Shown one piece after another: positions 20,404-29,921 of a stretch of DNA of 64,000 bases (within the stretch, counting starts at the first letter, position 1; each line of letters begins with the position of its first letter). The notes under the pieces are model-generated. The model saw only the letters and a list, made by a program, of their open reading frames with translations. It was not told the origin of the DNA and did no database searches. The translations under genes were made by a program, and so were the position numbers. Source of the stretch: an uncultured Chloroflexia bacterium. Its GTDB lineage: Bacteria > Chloroflexota > Anaerolineae > CG2-30-64-16. The stretch covers positions 32,001-96,000 of the forward strand of contig CAVZDU010000005.1 of NCBI GenBank assembly GCA_963774265.1, read 5' to 3'.

Positions 20404-21967
20404 TCATCGTATGACGGATAGGTCGTTGCGTGCAGGGCGCAGGCGCACCAGCACGCCGGTCTGTTCTTCGACGATGCCAGGCAGGGCTAATGCCAGGTCA
20501 TCGGCCCGATATACCGGTCGTTGAGCGGCCCATGCCGCTTGAAGTGATTCTTCCAGTGGCGCCTTCGATGGCAGCACACCCGGGTGCGTCTCGGCGAAGG
20601 TCGCGTCGTACCAGTCAAAGCCGTAGAGGTTCACGTTCAACACGGCCACATCATTCCGCTGGCGCAAACCATAGACGCCATACCACAGCGCAAATGTGGT
20701 CCGGTCGCCGGTTGTCAGGATGAGCGAGTCCGGCTCGGCCTCCGCCAGCGCAGCGGAGAGGAAATCACGTGCCTCACGGTCGCTTCGCAGATCATGGGCC
20801 GCCCAGTTGCGCACCAGCGACGCGGCCGGCAGTGCGGCCAGCAATACGATCACCGCAGCTGCACGCCATGCCGTCCCGCGCAGTCGTTCGATCGCCCAGT
20901 CGATGGCCAGGGCGGCCCACAATGCGACCGCGGCCCACGCCGGGATCAGATAGACGTTCGAATCGGTCGTATTATAGCCGATCCCGTAAATTGTGAAGGC
21001 CAGGAAGACGAGCAGCGTCGCGCGCCACCACGCGCGATCCCGCCACCGGAGCCGCCAGAGCCCGGCCAGCGCCAGCAGCAGTCCCCACGGTCCGCCGAAC
21101 TGCCACATGGCCTCGCTGATCCAGCCGAGTAGGCGTGCGGGTGCATCGACCAGGGGCAGCCCGAACGGCAGCCCTGCGTACAGCCGGCCTGAGACCGTCC
21201 ACAGGAAGCGCCCCGGCGTGACAGGATCGCCCCAGTTGATTGGCGGGCGACCTGCCGCGGCGAGGGGCAAGTAGCCGTACACGAACAGGCCGAGGAGGGT
21301 GCAAAGGCCCGCAACGGCCAGTATCCCGTCCGCCCCGAGGGATGCCCCGCCTATTCGCCCAAACCCAGGCCGCCAACCCGGGCAGGATCAGGGCCAGCGT
21401 CAGGTGGTTGCCCAGCCCCAGCCCAAGGACCAGGCCCGCGGCCTGCAGCGAACGGCCATCGGCGTCCTCAGCCCAGCGCCACATCAGCCATAATAGCGCC
21501 ACGGAGGCCAGCGCGTTGAGCGCATAGACCTCGGTGATGGTCGCCTGTCCCCACACGGCAGGTGCTGCAGCCCACGCGAGCGCGGCGACTGTACTGGCAA
21601 TCGCTGCCGGCCATGGGGCCTTCCCGATCTGGGTGACCTTCGAGGTCTCCGGCACCTCGATGGTGCCGGGAGCCGCGAGCATCCGCTGGGCCAGGTCAGC
21701 CAGAAGCGCGGCTGCCAACGCGGCGCAGATGGCCGAGAGCCAGGCCCCCGCGCGGGCGGGATCGCCGCCAAGGATAGCAATGGCCGCTCGGAGGGCAAGT
21801 TGATAGGTCGGATAGCCGGTGGGATGAGGTACACCGTGGGTTAGCGCTGCAGCGAGCAGATCGCCGCCGTCCGCGCCACCGTGCGCCCAGGTGAGCCCCG
21901 GCGCAAGCGTCAAGCCGTAAAGGGCGAACGCACCGAGGCCTGCAATGAGTGCGGGCCAGCGCCTCAC
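20404..21967 (-). CDS. DUF2723/TMEM260-like membrane glycosyltransferase (frameshifted near 21300)
   Basis: TLAPGLTW...DGGDL......GVPHPTGYPTY, ITEVYAL, GLGNH, YLPL...INWGDP. Confidence 0.8.
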
Positions 21968-21979
21968 GTCATCATCCCC

Positions 21980-22318
21980 TTACGGCTGGAGGCAGCCTCC
22001 TGTGGCCGGTAGCTCGACCGGTGCAGGGCCCAAGCCGCCGCGAACCACCGTCGCCACGACGATTCTCGTCACGCGGGGAACGACCGTCGGAACGGCCGTT
22101 GTCCCCGGCTGAGGCGAAACGGACGCGGCCGGGACCGGGGTGTCGGCCGGCGGGCGATCCGTCGGCTCGATCGGAGCCGGCACGGGGGTGCGAGTGGGCA
22201 CCGTTTGCGCGTGGTTGCTTTGGCCGGTCGTGGCCCAGACGCCCGGTGCGGCGATCAGCACAATCAACAGAGCAGCCCCCACCGCTCCATACACGGCAAG
22301 ATGTCCCTTTTGCTTCAT
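21980..22318 (-). CDS. Small secreted Pro/Thr-rich protein ending in LPATG
   Basis: Signal peptide; ends VELPATGGCLQP*; next to the sortase. Confidence 0.65.
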   Translation of the reverse strand: MKQKGHLAVYGAVGAALLIVLIAAPGVWATTGQSNHAQTVPTRTPVPAPIEPTDRPPADTPVPAASVSPQPGTTAVPTVVPRVTRIVVATVVRGGLGPAPVELPATGGCLQP

Positions 22319-22342
22319 CTCTTCATATCTCCCTGCCTACAC

Positions 22343-23284
22343 TCAATCCTTGGGTTCGGCGATGACAATCAGGCGGTGGGTATTGTTGGTCGGCGGCCAG
22401 CAGGTCACAATGGTAAGGCGCTCGTCCTCAGTAGGCAGTATGTACTTGCCGTTGGCGATGCGTTGCGCCTGCGAGACGCCAGTGTCCTTCAACCGGTAGA
22501 ACCCGGTGATGGTGTAGGAATACTGCTTCCCCTGCGCGTCGAACAGCTCGATGGTTCGCCCGTTCAGGATATCCGACTTGTCGGTGAAGTTGTCGACCTT
22601 GACGCGTGTGTCATTGTCCCACGCCAGGCTGATCGGCTTGAACACCTGGCCGTAAATGTTGTTGTGCCCCGAGATGACCAGGTTGCCGGGCTCGCCGATG
22701 CCTGCGCTGTTAATGTGGTGTCCGGCAGCAGCCTCTGGGATCATCCATTGCGTGACCGGGCCGCTCGGTGTCTGAACGACCTTCCAACCCATGGGCACAA
22801 CTGCGGCATCTATCTTCAGATCGGGAATCGTCATCCGCACCGGGTCGATCGACGAAGTGCCGGTCGGTGGAGGTGCGGCCGCTGAAGCGCCTGCGGCTGA
22901 GCTTTTCGGCGGTGCTGCCGTGGCGCTCGGCGCGAGAGTCGCCGTGGCAGGCCGGCGGGTGGCAGTGACCTGCACCGGTTTGCGCGTGGCAGTCCGCGTG
23001 GCCTCAGCGACCACCGCTGCCTGGGCTGATTTGGTTTGGGTCGCCTTGGGGGCGGCCTGAGTGGGCGCCGGCGCGGTGGATTCCGCTGCAGGATCGGCGG
23101 CGACCGCTGCCGCATGGACGGTCGCGCCGGACGCGGTTTTCCGCAGCTGCGCACGCACCTGTGCGCTCTGAATCTCGGACCAGGCAAAGTAGCCGGCCAC
23201 CACCAAAACCAGGATCAGGCCCAGGCCCAGCAGGGCGGTGCCGAAGCTGCGACGTGCGGTGTGTTGCCCCATTAGTGCCTCCAC
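22343..23284 (-). CDS. Sortase
   Basis: N-terminal TM, Ala/Thr linker, IPDLKIDA, GNLVISGHNN, LTIVTCWP....HRLIV (His/Cys/Arg triad). Confidence 0.9.
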   Translation of the reverse strand: MEALMGQHTARRSFGTALLGLGLILVLVVAGYFAWSEIQSAQVRAQLRKTASGATVHAAAVAADPAAESTAPAPTQAAPKATQTKSAQAAVVAEATRTATRKPVQVTATRRPATATLAPSATAAPPKSSAAGASAAAPPPTGTSSIDPVRMTIPDLKIDAAVVPMGWKVVQTPSGPVTQWMIPEAAAGHHINSAGIGEPGNLVISGHNNIYGQVFKPISLAWDNDTRVKVDNFTDKSDILNGRTIELFDAQGKQYSYTITGFYRLKDTGVSQAQRIANGKYILPTEDERLTIVTCWPPTNNTHRLIVIAEPKD

Positions 23285-23452
23285 TTGTCATTATAGCATG
23301 AATGCCGGGGTGCGCCGCAAGCGCGACCGAGATGCTCGCGACGCCGCCTTTCAGCGTGATCGCGAATTCCTCCGGATTTGACGATATGTTATCGATAAGT
23401 TGGGTTATGTTCTATTGCGGATGCCCTCGGAACGTGGTACGATTCCTGGTTG

Positions 23453-23466
23453 AGAACAGATGTACT
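23453..23466. promoter_or_regulatory. Candidate LexA (SOS) box
   Basis: AGAAC-AGAT-GTACT, one mismatch to AGAAC-N4-GTTCT, about 70 bp upstream of ATG 23538. Confidence 0.55.
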
Positions 23467-23537
23467 ATATCGCAGGATATCGCAGAGATATCGCAAGGCG
23501 AGCCAGGTGCTCGCTTTAGCCGTTTGGAGAGCTAGCG

Positions 23538-24614
23538 ATGGCCAATAAGTACGAGCTCCAGGCCGCTCGCATTGAGACGGTGCTCGGTGCGCACAAAGTT
23601 CCCGCACGAGTGTTGCAGGCGAACGTGACTCCCCGGTTCGTGCGCTTCGACATCATTACCGCGCTTGGAACGAAACTGACGAAAGTCAGCAACCTGGCCG
23701 AAGAGTTGGCCTTCTCACTGGGAGTGCGGTCCGCGCGGGTGTACCGTGAAGGTGGTGTGCTGCACGTCGAGGTGCCAAGGGAGGTCTCGCGCGCGGTGGA
23801 CCTGGCTGGGGTGTGCGGGGGACTCAACTCCGTGCCCGCGAACTGCGCGGTGCTGGGTGTGGACGAGGGGGGCGCGCCCTTGCTGCTCAGGCTGGACAGC
23901 CCCGATGTCGCCCATGTTCTTCTTGCCGGCACCACCGGCAGCGGCAAGACCGCGCTTCTGCGCACGCTGCTTGCATCACTGGCCATGCACAACCACGCCG
24001 GCATGTTGCAGATCGCCCTCATCGACCCCAAAGGCCGTGGTTTCGGTCCGCTCGGCGCGCTGCCTCACATCTGGGGCGGCCGGGGCGTGGTGCAGGAACC
24101 GGCCGCGGCAGCAAAACTGCTCGAGGCGCTGGTAATGGAGATGGAGCGTCGCGACCGGCTGAATCGAAGCCTGCCGCACATCGTGATCGCGATCGATGAG
24201 CTGGCTGACCTCCTGCAAAGCGGCGGCAAGACGGTGGGGGATGCCCTGCAGCGGCTGACGCAGCGCGGCCGGGAGGCAGGGCTGCACGTGATCGCCGCAA
24301 CCCAGCGCCCCGCCGCAACCCAGGTGGGCGGGATGGTGAAGGCGAACTTTCCGGTGCGCCTGGTGGGCAGCGTGGTCAGCGCCGAGGATGCGAAAGTGGC
24401 GTCGGGCCTCGCCGGCTCCAATGCCGAACGACTCCTGGGGCGAGGGGACTTCCTGCTGGTCGCAAAGGGCCAGGTGATCCGGTTCCAGGCCGCGTATGCG
24501 GACAACCGTGAGTTGGCGGGGCTGGTTGCGCAGGTGCGCGCCGGCGGACGCCGCAGGCGATCGTGGAGCGGACAGGGCACGCTCGCTCTGCCGGCACGCG
24601 GCGTGAGCGTTTAG
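23538..24614 (+). CDS. Short FtsK/SpoIIIE-family ATPase lacking TM and gamma domains
   Basis: FtsK alpha-like N-terminus, HVLLAGTTGSGKT, LIDPKG, IDELADL, GREAGLHVIAATQRP, AERLLGRGD. Confidence 0.85.
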   Translation: MANKYELQAARIETVLGAHKVPARVLQANVTPRFVRFDIITALGTKLTKVSNLAEELAFSLGVRSARVYREGGVLHVEVPREVSRAVDLAGVCGGLNSVPANCAVLGVDEGGAPLLLRLDSPDVAHVLLAGTTGSGKTALLRTLLASLAMHNHAGMLQIALIDPKGRGFGPLGALPHIWGGRGVVQEPAAAAKLLEALVMEMERRDRLNRSLPHIVIAIDELADLLQSGGKTVGDALQRLTQRGREAGLHVIAATQRPAATQVGGMVKANFPVRLVGSVVSAEDAKVASGLAGSNAERLLGRGDFLLVAKGQVIRFQAAYADNRELAGLVAQVRAGGRRRRSWSGQGTLALPARGVSV

Positions 24615-24656
24615 TCGCGGCGCGGCGTCGACACAAATGATATCGGAGAGAACACC

Positions 24657-25058
24657 GTGAAACGTCTCATACCACTGATCTTACTTGGTTTTGGGGTGGC
24701 GCTGGCCATCGTCATCGGGCAACGGATGAGCACCGACGCCATGGCCGTCGTCATCGGCGTGGCGGTGGGTGTGGCTGCGAGTGTGCCGACCAGCCTCTTG
24801 CTGGTGGCGCTCCTGCGAAAGGAGCGGACAAGCAACGACCACCGGGTGCAGGATATGCCGCGCGAGGCAAGCTGGAATCCCTATGGCGCCTTGCCGCAGC
24901 AGCCCAATGTCATCGTGTTGGACCCCTCGCAATTCGCTATGGGGCGCAACCCCCAGTTCCAGATGCCGTTGCCTCCGGCTGAGTACGCGGCTGATGCCGG
25001 GATGCGTCGTCTGCGGGTGGTTGGCTCCGACGACGAATGGAACGGACGCGATTGGTAG
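24657..25058 (+). CDS. Hypothetical membrane protein
   Basis: GGAGAG RBS, two hydrophobic helices, Pro/Gln-rich tail. Confidence 0.7.
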   Translation: MKRLIPLILLGFGVALAIVIGQRMSTDAMAVVIGVAVGVAASVPTSLLLVALLRKERTSNDHRVQDMPREASWNPYGALPQQPNVIVLDPSQFAMGRNPQFQMPLPPAEYAADAGMRRLRVVGSDDEWNGRDW

Positions 25059-25122
25059 GATGGCGCTGCCCGGAATGACTGCCCGGGCGGTTGCCTCAGG
25101 CGATTTTTCGGTGGAGGATCAA

Positions 25123-25503
25123 ATGGCAGATTCGGTTGATCAGGTGCGGGTGACGCTGGCTGGGGATGGTTTCTATCCGCAGGCATTCCGCTGGGCGGGG
25201 CGAGACTTACGCGTGCTGTACGTCGAAGGGTTGCGGACACGTGGTCCCGAGCGTTGGTTCCGCGTGCGCACGGTTGAAGGAGTTTATGAGCTGGCGCAGC
25301 AGACTCGCACCGGGTTATGGCAGATGCGGCGTAGCCCATCATGGTTTGGTCGCACGATGGCGCAGATGGCGCGCAGGCCGCGCTACTCGCTCCCTGCCAC
25401 GCTCCGGCGGGCTGGATGCACCCGGACGGCGCCGGAGGAGATCAAGAAGTCGCCGTCTTCACAGGGAGGTGGACATGCAAGCAGGCTTGCTCTGGTTCGA
25501 TAG
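25123..25503 (+). CDS. DUF6504-like small protein
   Basis: GGAGG RBS; PQAFRWAGR...V.....R.FRVRT..G.YEL......W pattern. Confidence 0.6.
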   Translation: MADSVDQVRVTLAGDGFYPQAFRWAGRDLRVLYVEGLRTRGPERWFRVRTVEGVYELAQQTRTGLWQMRRSPSWFGRTMAQMARRPRYSLPATLRRAGCTRTAPEEIKKSPSSQGGGHASRLALVR

Positions 25504-25714
25504 CGAACCTGGCCGCTCGACGATCATCAAGGCCACGGCCGCGGCGGAGCGCTTTGAGGAGAAGTACGGCATCACGCCCGATGTCTGCTATGTCAGCGAG
25601 CGGTCATTGAAAGATGGAGAGATGAGCATACCCTTTCATGAGGGTGAGTTGCGCCTCGTGCCGGCCAGCAACATGCTGGTCAACCATTTCTGGATCGGGC
25701 GAAACGACGGTTAG
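25475..25714 (+). CDS. 79-aa hypothetical protein (MQAGLLWFD...)
   Basis: GGAGGT RBS, overlaps the upstream gene, ends HFWIG. Confidence 0.7.
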   Translation: MQAGLLWFDSEPGRSTIIKATAAAERFEEKYGITPDVCYVSERSLKDGEMSIPFHEGELRLVPASNMLVNHFWIGRNDG

Positions 25715-26751
25715 GACGGCATAAGTTCGGCCAGCAACACGTCCATAGCTTCGCGATCGGTCATCTTGCCGGTCTTGATGGATTCATCCGCTGCCAGGAT
25801 GCGCTCCATCGCCTGCTCCAACCGGGCGAAGCTATGGCGGTTGGCCTGGTTGGCCAACCCCGTCATCTTCCACTCGAAGATCCCCAACGTGCGAGCGACC
25901 TCCGGCGCGCGCACCCCCTGGGCTTGCAGCGCCTTTAGCTGGATCAACTGCCGGTAGTGCCATGCGATCATGCCCAGCAGCCGCAAAGGCGGCTCGCCGT
26001 CGATGTCCAGCGCGTGTGTCATCAGCCGCGCCGCGACAGGCCCGTTGCCTCCTCCTAACGCGTCGACCAGTTCGAACACGCTCGCAGCGCGCGTTGCCGG
26101 CGTGAGTTTGCGCACGTCCTCGCGCGTCACCGTCCGGCCGCCCGCATAATCGCCGAGCTTGATGAGTTCCTGGTCGAGCTGGCGCAACTCATCGCCCACG
26201 AACTCGGCCAGATCCATCACCGCCCCGGCGTCCAGCTTCACCTTGCGCTGCTGTGTGCGCGCCCGAATCCAGTTCGGCAGGTCGTTGCGCTTGGGTTTTT
26301 CGCAGGTGATGACCTTCGCGCGGCCGTCACGGCTCATTTCCTGCAACTTGCGCAGCGCCTGGCCGCCGGCCGTGTCTTCTTCAATGAGCACCAGGAGGGT
26401 GGTGGAAGGTATATGATCCAGGTAAGCCAGGATCGCCCTGGCATGGCCCCTGGGCGCCTCGGCCGCAGGCCCGTCGCCAGGTTCGTCCGCAGGCGCCTCG
26501 CCGGCCCGCGCCTTCGCCTTCGAGGGAGCGGCGAGTCGCGCCAACAACCCGTCGACCACGACGAGCCGTCGCTCGGCCAGGAAAGGCAGCGTGCCGCACG
26601 CGTTCTCCAGCTCGGCTGGCGACACCGTGCGGCCGTCAAGCCGCGTCGTGTTCAGGTCGACCAGCTCCAGGTCGTCGCCACACGCGGCGGCCAGCTCGAC
26701 CAGCGCCTCTGCGCGCAACAGCTCCGCGGGGCCATGGATGAGGGTGATCAT
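25711..26751 (-). CDS. holA: DNA polymerase III delta subunit
   Basis: LIHG.....R, TLPFLAERRLVVV, QELIKL, VFELVDAL, D.SIKTG. Confidence 0.9.
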   Translation of the reverse strand: MITLIHGPAELLRAEALVELAAACGDDLELVDLNTTRLDGRTVSPAELENACGTLPFLAERRLVVVDGLLARLAAPSKAKARAGEAPADEPGDGPAAEAPRGHARAILAYLDHIPSTTLLVLIEEDTAGGQALRKLQEMSRDGRAKVITCEKPKRNDLPNWIRARTQQRKVKLDAGAVMDLAEFVGDELRQLDQELIKLGDYAGGRTVTREDVRKLTPATRAASVFELVDALGGGNGPVAARLMTHALDIDGEPPLRLLGMIAWHYRQLIQLKALQAQGVRAPEVARTLGIFEWKMTGLANQANRHSFARLEQAMERILAADESIKTGKMTDREAMDVLLAELMPS

Positions 26752-26761
26752 GGCCGCACCC

Positions 26762-27250
26762 TCATCCGATTGCGACCCGGTGCCGAGCGACCCGGTCGCC
26801 TTTGAGCTGGGTGACACCCTTGATGTGCAGCCCATGGACATGGGGACTGGTCGTGACGTTTTGCTGCATCCATCGCCCCGCGGGTACGGCGAAGATCAGC
26901 GCAAGCGTGGCGGCTAAAAGTGACGAAGGGATGCGATCCGCCCAGGAGCGTTTGCGGTCGTTGGCTACCAGCAGGACGGCCATGCCCGACAACATGCCCG
27001 AAGTGACAAGATTGGTGCCGCAGTTCGGGTGCACGGCCAGCCCGGCCTCGCCCGCCTGAAGCCGGCTGAGTGCCTCCAGGGCAACCTCCGCGACGAGATG
27101 GGTGTCCGCGTCGCCGAACAGGATGAACCCCTGCAGATCGCTGCGAGCCATGAGGGGCACGCCGGGCAGCCGCTGGCTCAAGAGCGTGACGGTCGCATGC
27201 TCGATCGCGTGGTGTTGGCGCAGCATCTGCGCAAAAGAACGCTTTGCCAT
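26762..27250 (-). CDS. DUF6391-like conserved membrane-associated protein
   Basis: RQHHAIEHAT, LAVHPNCGTN motifs. Confidence 0.65.
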   Translation of the reverse strand: MAKRSFAQMLRQHHAIEHATVTLLSQRLPGVPLMARSDLQGFILFGDADTHLVAEVALEALSRLQAGEAGLAVHPNCGTNLVTSGMLSGMAVLLVANDRKRSWADRIPSSLLAATLALIFAVPAGRWMQQNVTTSPHVHGLHIKGVTQLKGDRVARHRVAIG

Positions 27251-27325
27251 TTCACTTTCCTTCCACTACCAGGTCACGAGGACACAAAGGCTCATCGGGT
27301 TGAGGGAGTCCCGGAGCCTTTGTGG

Positions 27326-29806
27326 TTAGCGCTGCACTAACTTCGCGACGGTGACGCCTTCGCCGCCTTCGTTGTTTTCGCCTGCGCGGAACTCGCCGAC
27401 CAGGGGATGCCCCCGAAGTTCCTCGCGCACGGCCTGTCGCAGCGCCCCGGTGCCCTTGCCGTGGATGATCCGCACGAAGGGCAGGCCGGCCAGGTACGCC
27501 TGATCCAGGTAATGATCCAACTCGATGAGCATGTCGTCGACCGTCAGGCCTCGCAGATCCAACTCCATGCCCGGACTGGGCGGTCGGGGGGTCTTGCCGC
27601 TCGATTGGATCTGTACGGCCAGTTGCTCGCCGCGCTGCTGGAGCTCCACGCGGCTTTGGCCGAGCTTCATACGGAACCCCCCGACTCTCACCTCGACGTC
27701 ATGCGGCCCGACCGCGACCACCTCGCCGCTGGCCTGGAGCGAAGGCACCCATACCTTGTCGCCGGGTTGCAGTGGACCGTCTATCACGACGGGTTGGGGC
27801 GTCTCCATGCGAGGTGGCGCCTGGAACTGGGCGCTGCGCTGAGCCAATACGTCTTGGGCTTCCGCCATCCATTGTTCGTGCAGGCTCCTGGCCGCCTGGC
27901 CGCGTTCACGCGGCGCCAGCGCCAGTTGTCCCCGCACCCCCTCAATCTCCTCGCGGATGGCCGTCAATTCCGCTTCAGCAGCCTGGCGCGTTTCGGCGAG
28001 CACCTCGCGGCGTGCTTCTTCGACCTTCGACAGCCGGTAATTGAGGTCAGCCCTGAGCGCCTCGATTCGGCGCAGTGCGGTCTTCGCCTCCTGTTCGGCT
28101 GTCAGTGCGGCCTCGCGCGCCCGTTTGATCTCGGCCAACATCGCCTCGGCCTCCGCGGACTGGGGCGACACGAGCGCCTCAGCCTGGCCGACGATCTCCT
28201 GGGCAAGGCCGAGCCGGCGCGCGATCGCGAAGGCGTTCGAGCGGCCCGGCAGCCCGATGCTGAGATGATAGGTGGGACTGAGCGTTTCAATGTCGAACTC
28301 GACCGATGCGTTGGCGACGTAGGCCGTCGTGTGTGCGAACACCTTCAGCTCAGAGTAATGGGTCGTGGCCAGGGTTGTGATGCCGGCCTGCAACAGGGTC
28401 TTGAGGATGGCCTGTGCCAGCGCGGCGCCTTCCTCGGGATCCGTGCCCGCGCCGAGTTCATCCAGCAGCACCAGCGAGCGATTGTCTGCGCGTGCCAGGA
28501 TGTCGACGATGTGCGTCATGTGCGAAGAGAACGTCGACAGGCTCTGTTCGATGCTCTGCTCGTCACCGATGTCGGCGAACACCTGCTCGAAAACCGATGT
28601 CTTGGACCCCTCATCGGCCGGAATCGCCAGGCCGGCCTGTGCCATGAGGATCAGCAGGCCGGTTGTCTTAAGCGACACCGTCTTGCCCCCGGTGTTTGGG
28701 CCGGTGATCAGGATGATGAAGTAGTCGTCCTCAATATAGATGTCGACCGGGACTACGGTGAGCGGGTCGAGAAGCGGGTGACGCGCCTTGATGAAGGCGA
28801 GTGTCGAGCCGGGATGGGTGACGGTCGGCTCGGAACCCGCCGAGGTCACCGCCAGGTCCGCGCCTTCGACGGCGGCTTTGTGACGCGAAGCACGCCCGGA
28901 TGGTTTGGCCCCCGTCTTGAACGGGATCAGCTCCGGCTCGACCCCATTCAGTGCGTACGCATAGCGTGCTCTCGCAAAGATCAGGTCCAGGTCGCCCAGG
29001 GCATCCACAGTGCGGACGATGATGCCGCCCGCCGCGGCGATCAGCCCGGTGAGTGCAGCCAGGATGCGCTGGATCTCTTCCTGTTCCGCGAGTTGCGCCT
29101 GGCGCCAGCGGTTGTTCAGGTCTACGATGGCCAGGGGCTCGATGAATAAGGTGGCGCCCGAACCCGACTGGTCGTGGATAAGCCCGGGGATGCGCCCTTT
29201 GAACTCGGCGCGCAGCGGGATGACATAACGCCCCTGGCGCTGCGTGATGATGGCTTCCTGCAAGAATTGCGCATTGGTGGAGGTCCCGATGATCCGCTGA
29301 AGGCGCTCCATCAGGTGGGCGTGCGCCTCCCGCAACTCCCGGCGGATGCGCAGCAACGCGTCGCTGGCCGAGTCCAGCACCTCCCCGCGTTCGTCGATGC
29401 AGCGGCCGATCTCGTCCACCACGTCATTGGGGACGGCGATGCGCTGCGCCACGTCGGCGATGTTCGGGAACCCTTCGGACAGCCGGCCAAGCGTCCGGCT
29501 CAGCGTGCGCGCGCGGACCAGGGTCGAGCGGATTGTGAGCAGGTCCATGGGAGTGAGGGTGCTCCCGATGGTCGCCTGCTCCACGAACGGGCGCAGGTCG
29601 TGAACGCCGTCCAGGTGCACGTCGCTCTTCTCGTCGAGCAGCCGTCGGGCCTCGCGTGTTTCGGCCTGCCAGACGACGGCCTGGCGAATGTCGTCCGTGG
29701 GCGCCAGCGCGCGCGCGCGCTCCCGCCCGAGTGAAAAGGAGGTGTGCCCTGCGAGCCGGTCCCGGATCTTGTCGAACTCCAGCACGCGCAAAGTTCTTGC
29801 GTCCAT
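27326..29806 (-). CDS. mutS2: Endonuclease MutS2
   Basis: LEFDKI start, ITGPNTGGKT, DIGDEQSIEQSLSTFSSHM, DELGAGTDP, Smr domain IIHGKGTG. Confidence 0.95.
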   Translation of the reverse strand: MDARTLRVLEFDKIRDRLAGHTSFSLGRERARALAPTDDIRQAVVWQAETREARRLLDEKSDVHLDGVHDLRPFVEQATIGSTLTPMDLLTIRSTLVRARTLSRTLGRLSEGFPNIADVAQRIAVPNDVVDEIGRCIDERGEVLDSASDALLRIRRELREAHAHLMERLQRIIGTSTNAQFLQEAIITQRQGRYVIPLRAEFKGRIPGLIHDQSGSGATLFIEPLAIVDLNNRWRQAQLAEQEEIQRILAALTGLIAAAGGIIVRTVDALGDLDLIFARARYAYALNGVEPELIPFKTGAKPSGRASRHKAAVEGADLAVTSAGSEPTVTHPGSTLAFIKARHPLLDPLTVVPVDIYIEDDYFIILITGPNTGGKTVSLKTTGLLILMAQAGLAIPADEGSKTSVFEQVFADIGDEQSIEQSLSTFSSHMTHIVDILARADNRSLVLLDELGAGTDPEEGAALAQAILKTLLQAGITTLATTHYSELKVFAHTTAYVANASVEFDIETLSPTYHLSIGLPGRSNAFAIARRLGLAQEIVGQAEALVSPQSAEAEAMLAEIKRAREAALTAEQEAKTALRRIEALRADLNYRLSKVEEARREVLAETRQAAEAELTAIREEIEGVRGQLALAPRERGQAARSLHEQWMAEAQDVLAQRSAQFQAPPRMETPQPVVIDGPLQPGDKVWVPSLQASGEVVAVGPHDVEVRVGGFRMKLGQSRVELQQRGEQLAVQIQSSGKTPRPPSPGMELDLRGLTVDDMLIELDHYLDQAYLAGLPFVRIIHGKGTGALRQAVREELRGHPLVGEFRAGENNEGGEGVTVAKLVQR

Positions 29807-29921
29807 GCGGCCGAGTATAGCACAGCCGCGCGATCCGGCCAATGTTTTCGCCCTTTGGGGTCCTGTGATATCATGTCTAAAAGGCTCCATTTTCGCAGAC
29901 GTTAAATGTTGAGGTAGGCGG

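Noticed and set aside
27407-29149. Long antisense ORFs (also 11161-12696, 5876-7168, 34898-36031, 58091-59401)
   Set aside because: Shadow ORFs of high-GC genes on the opposite strand, with no recognisable motifs.
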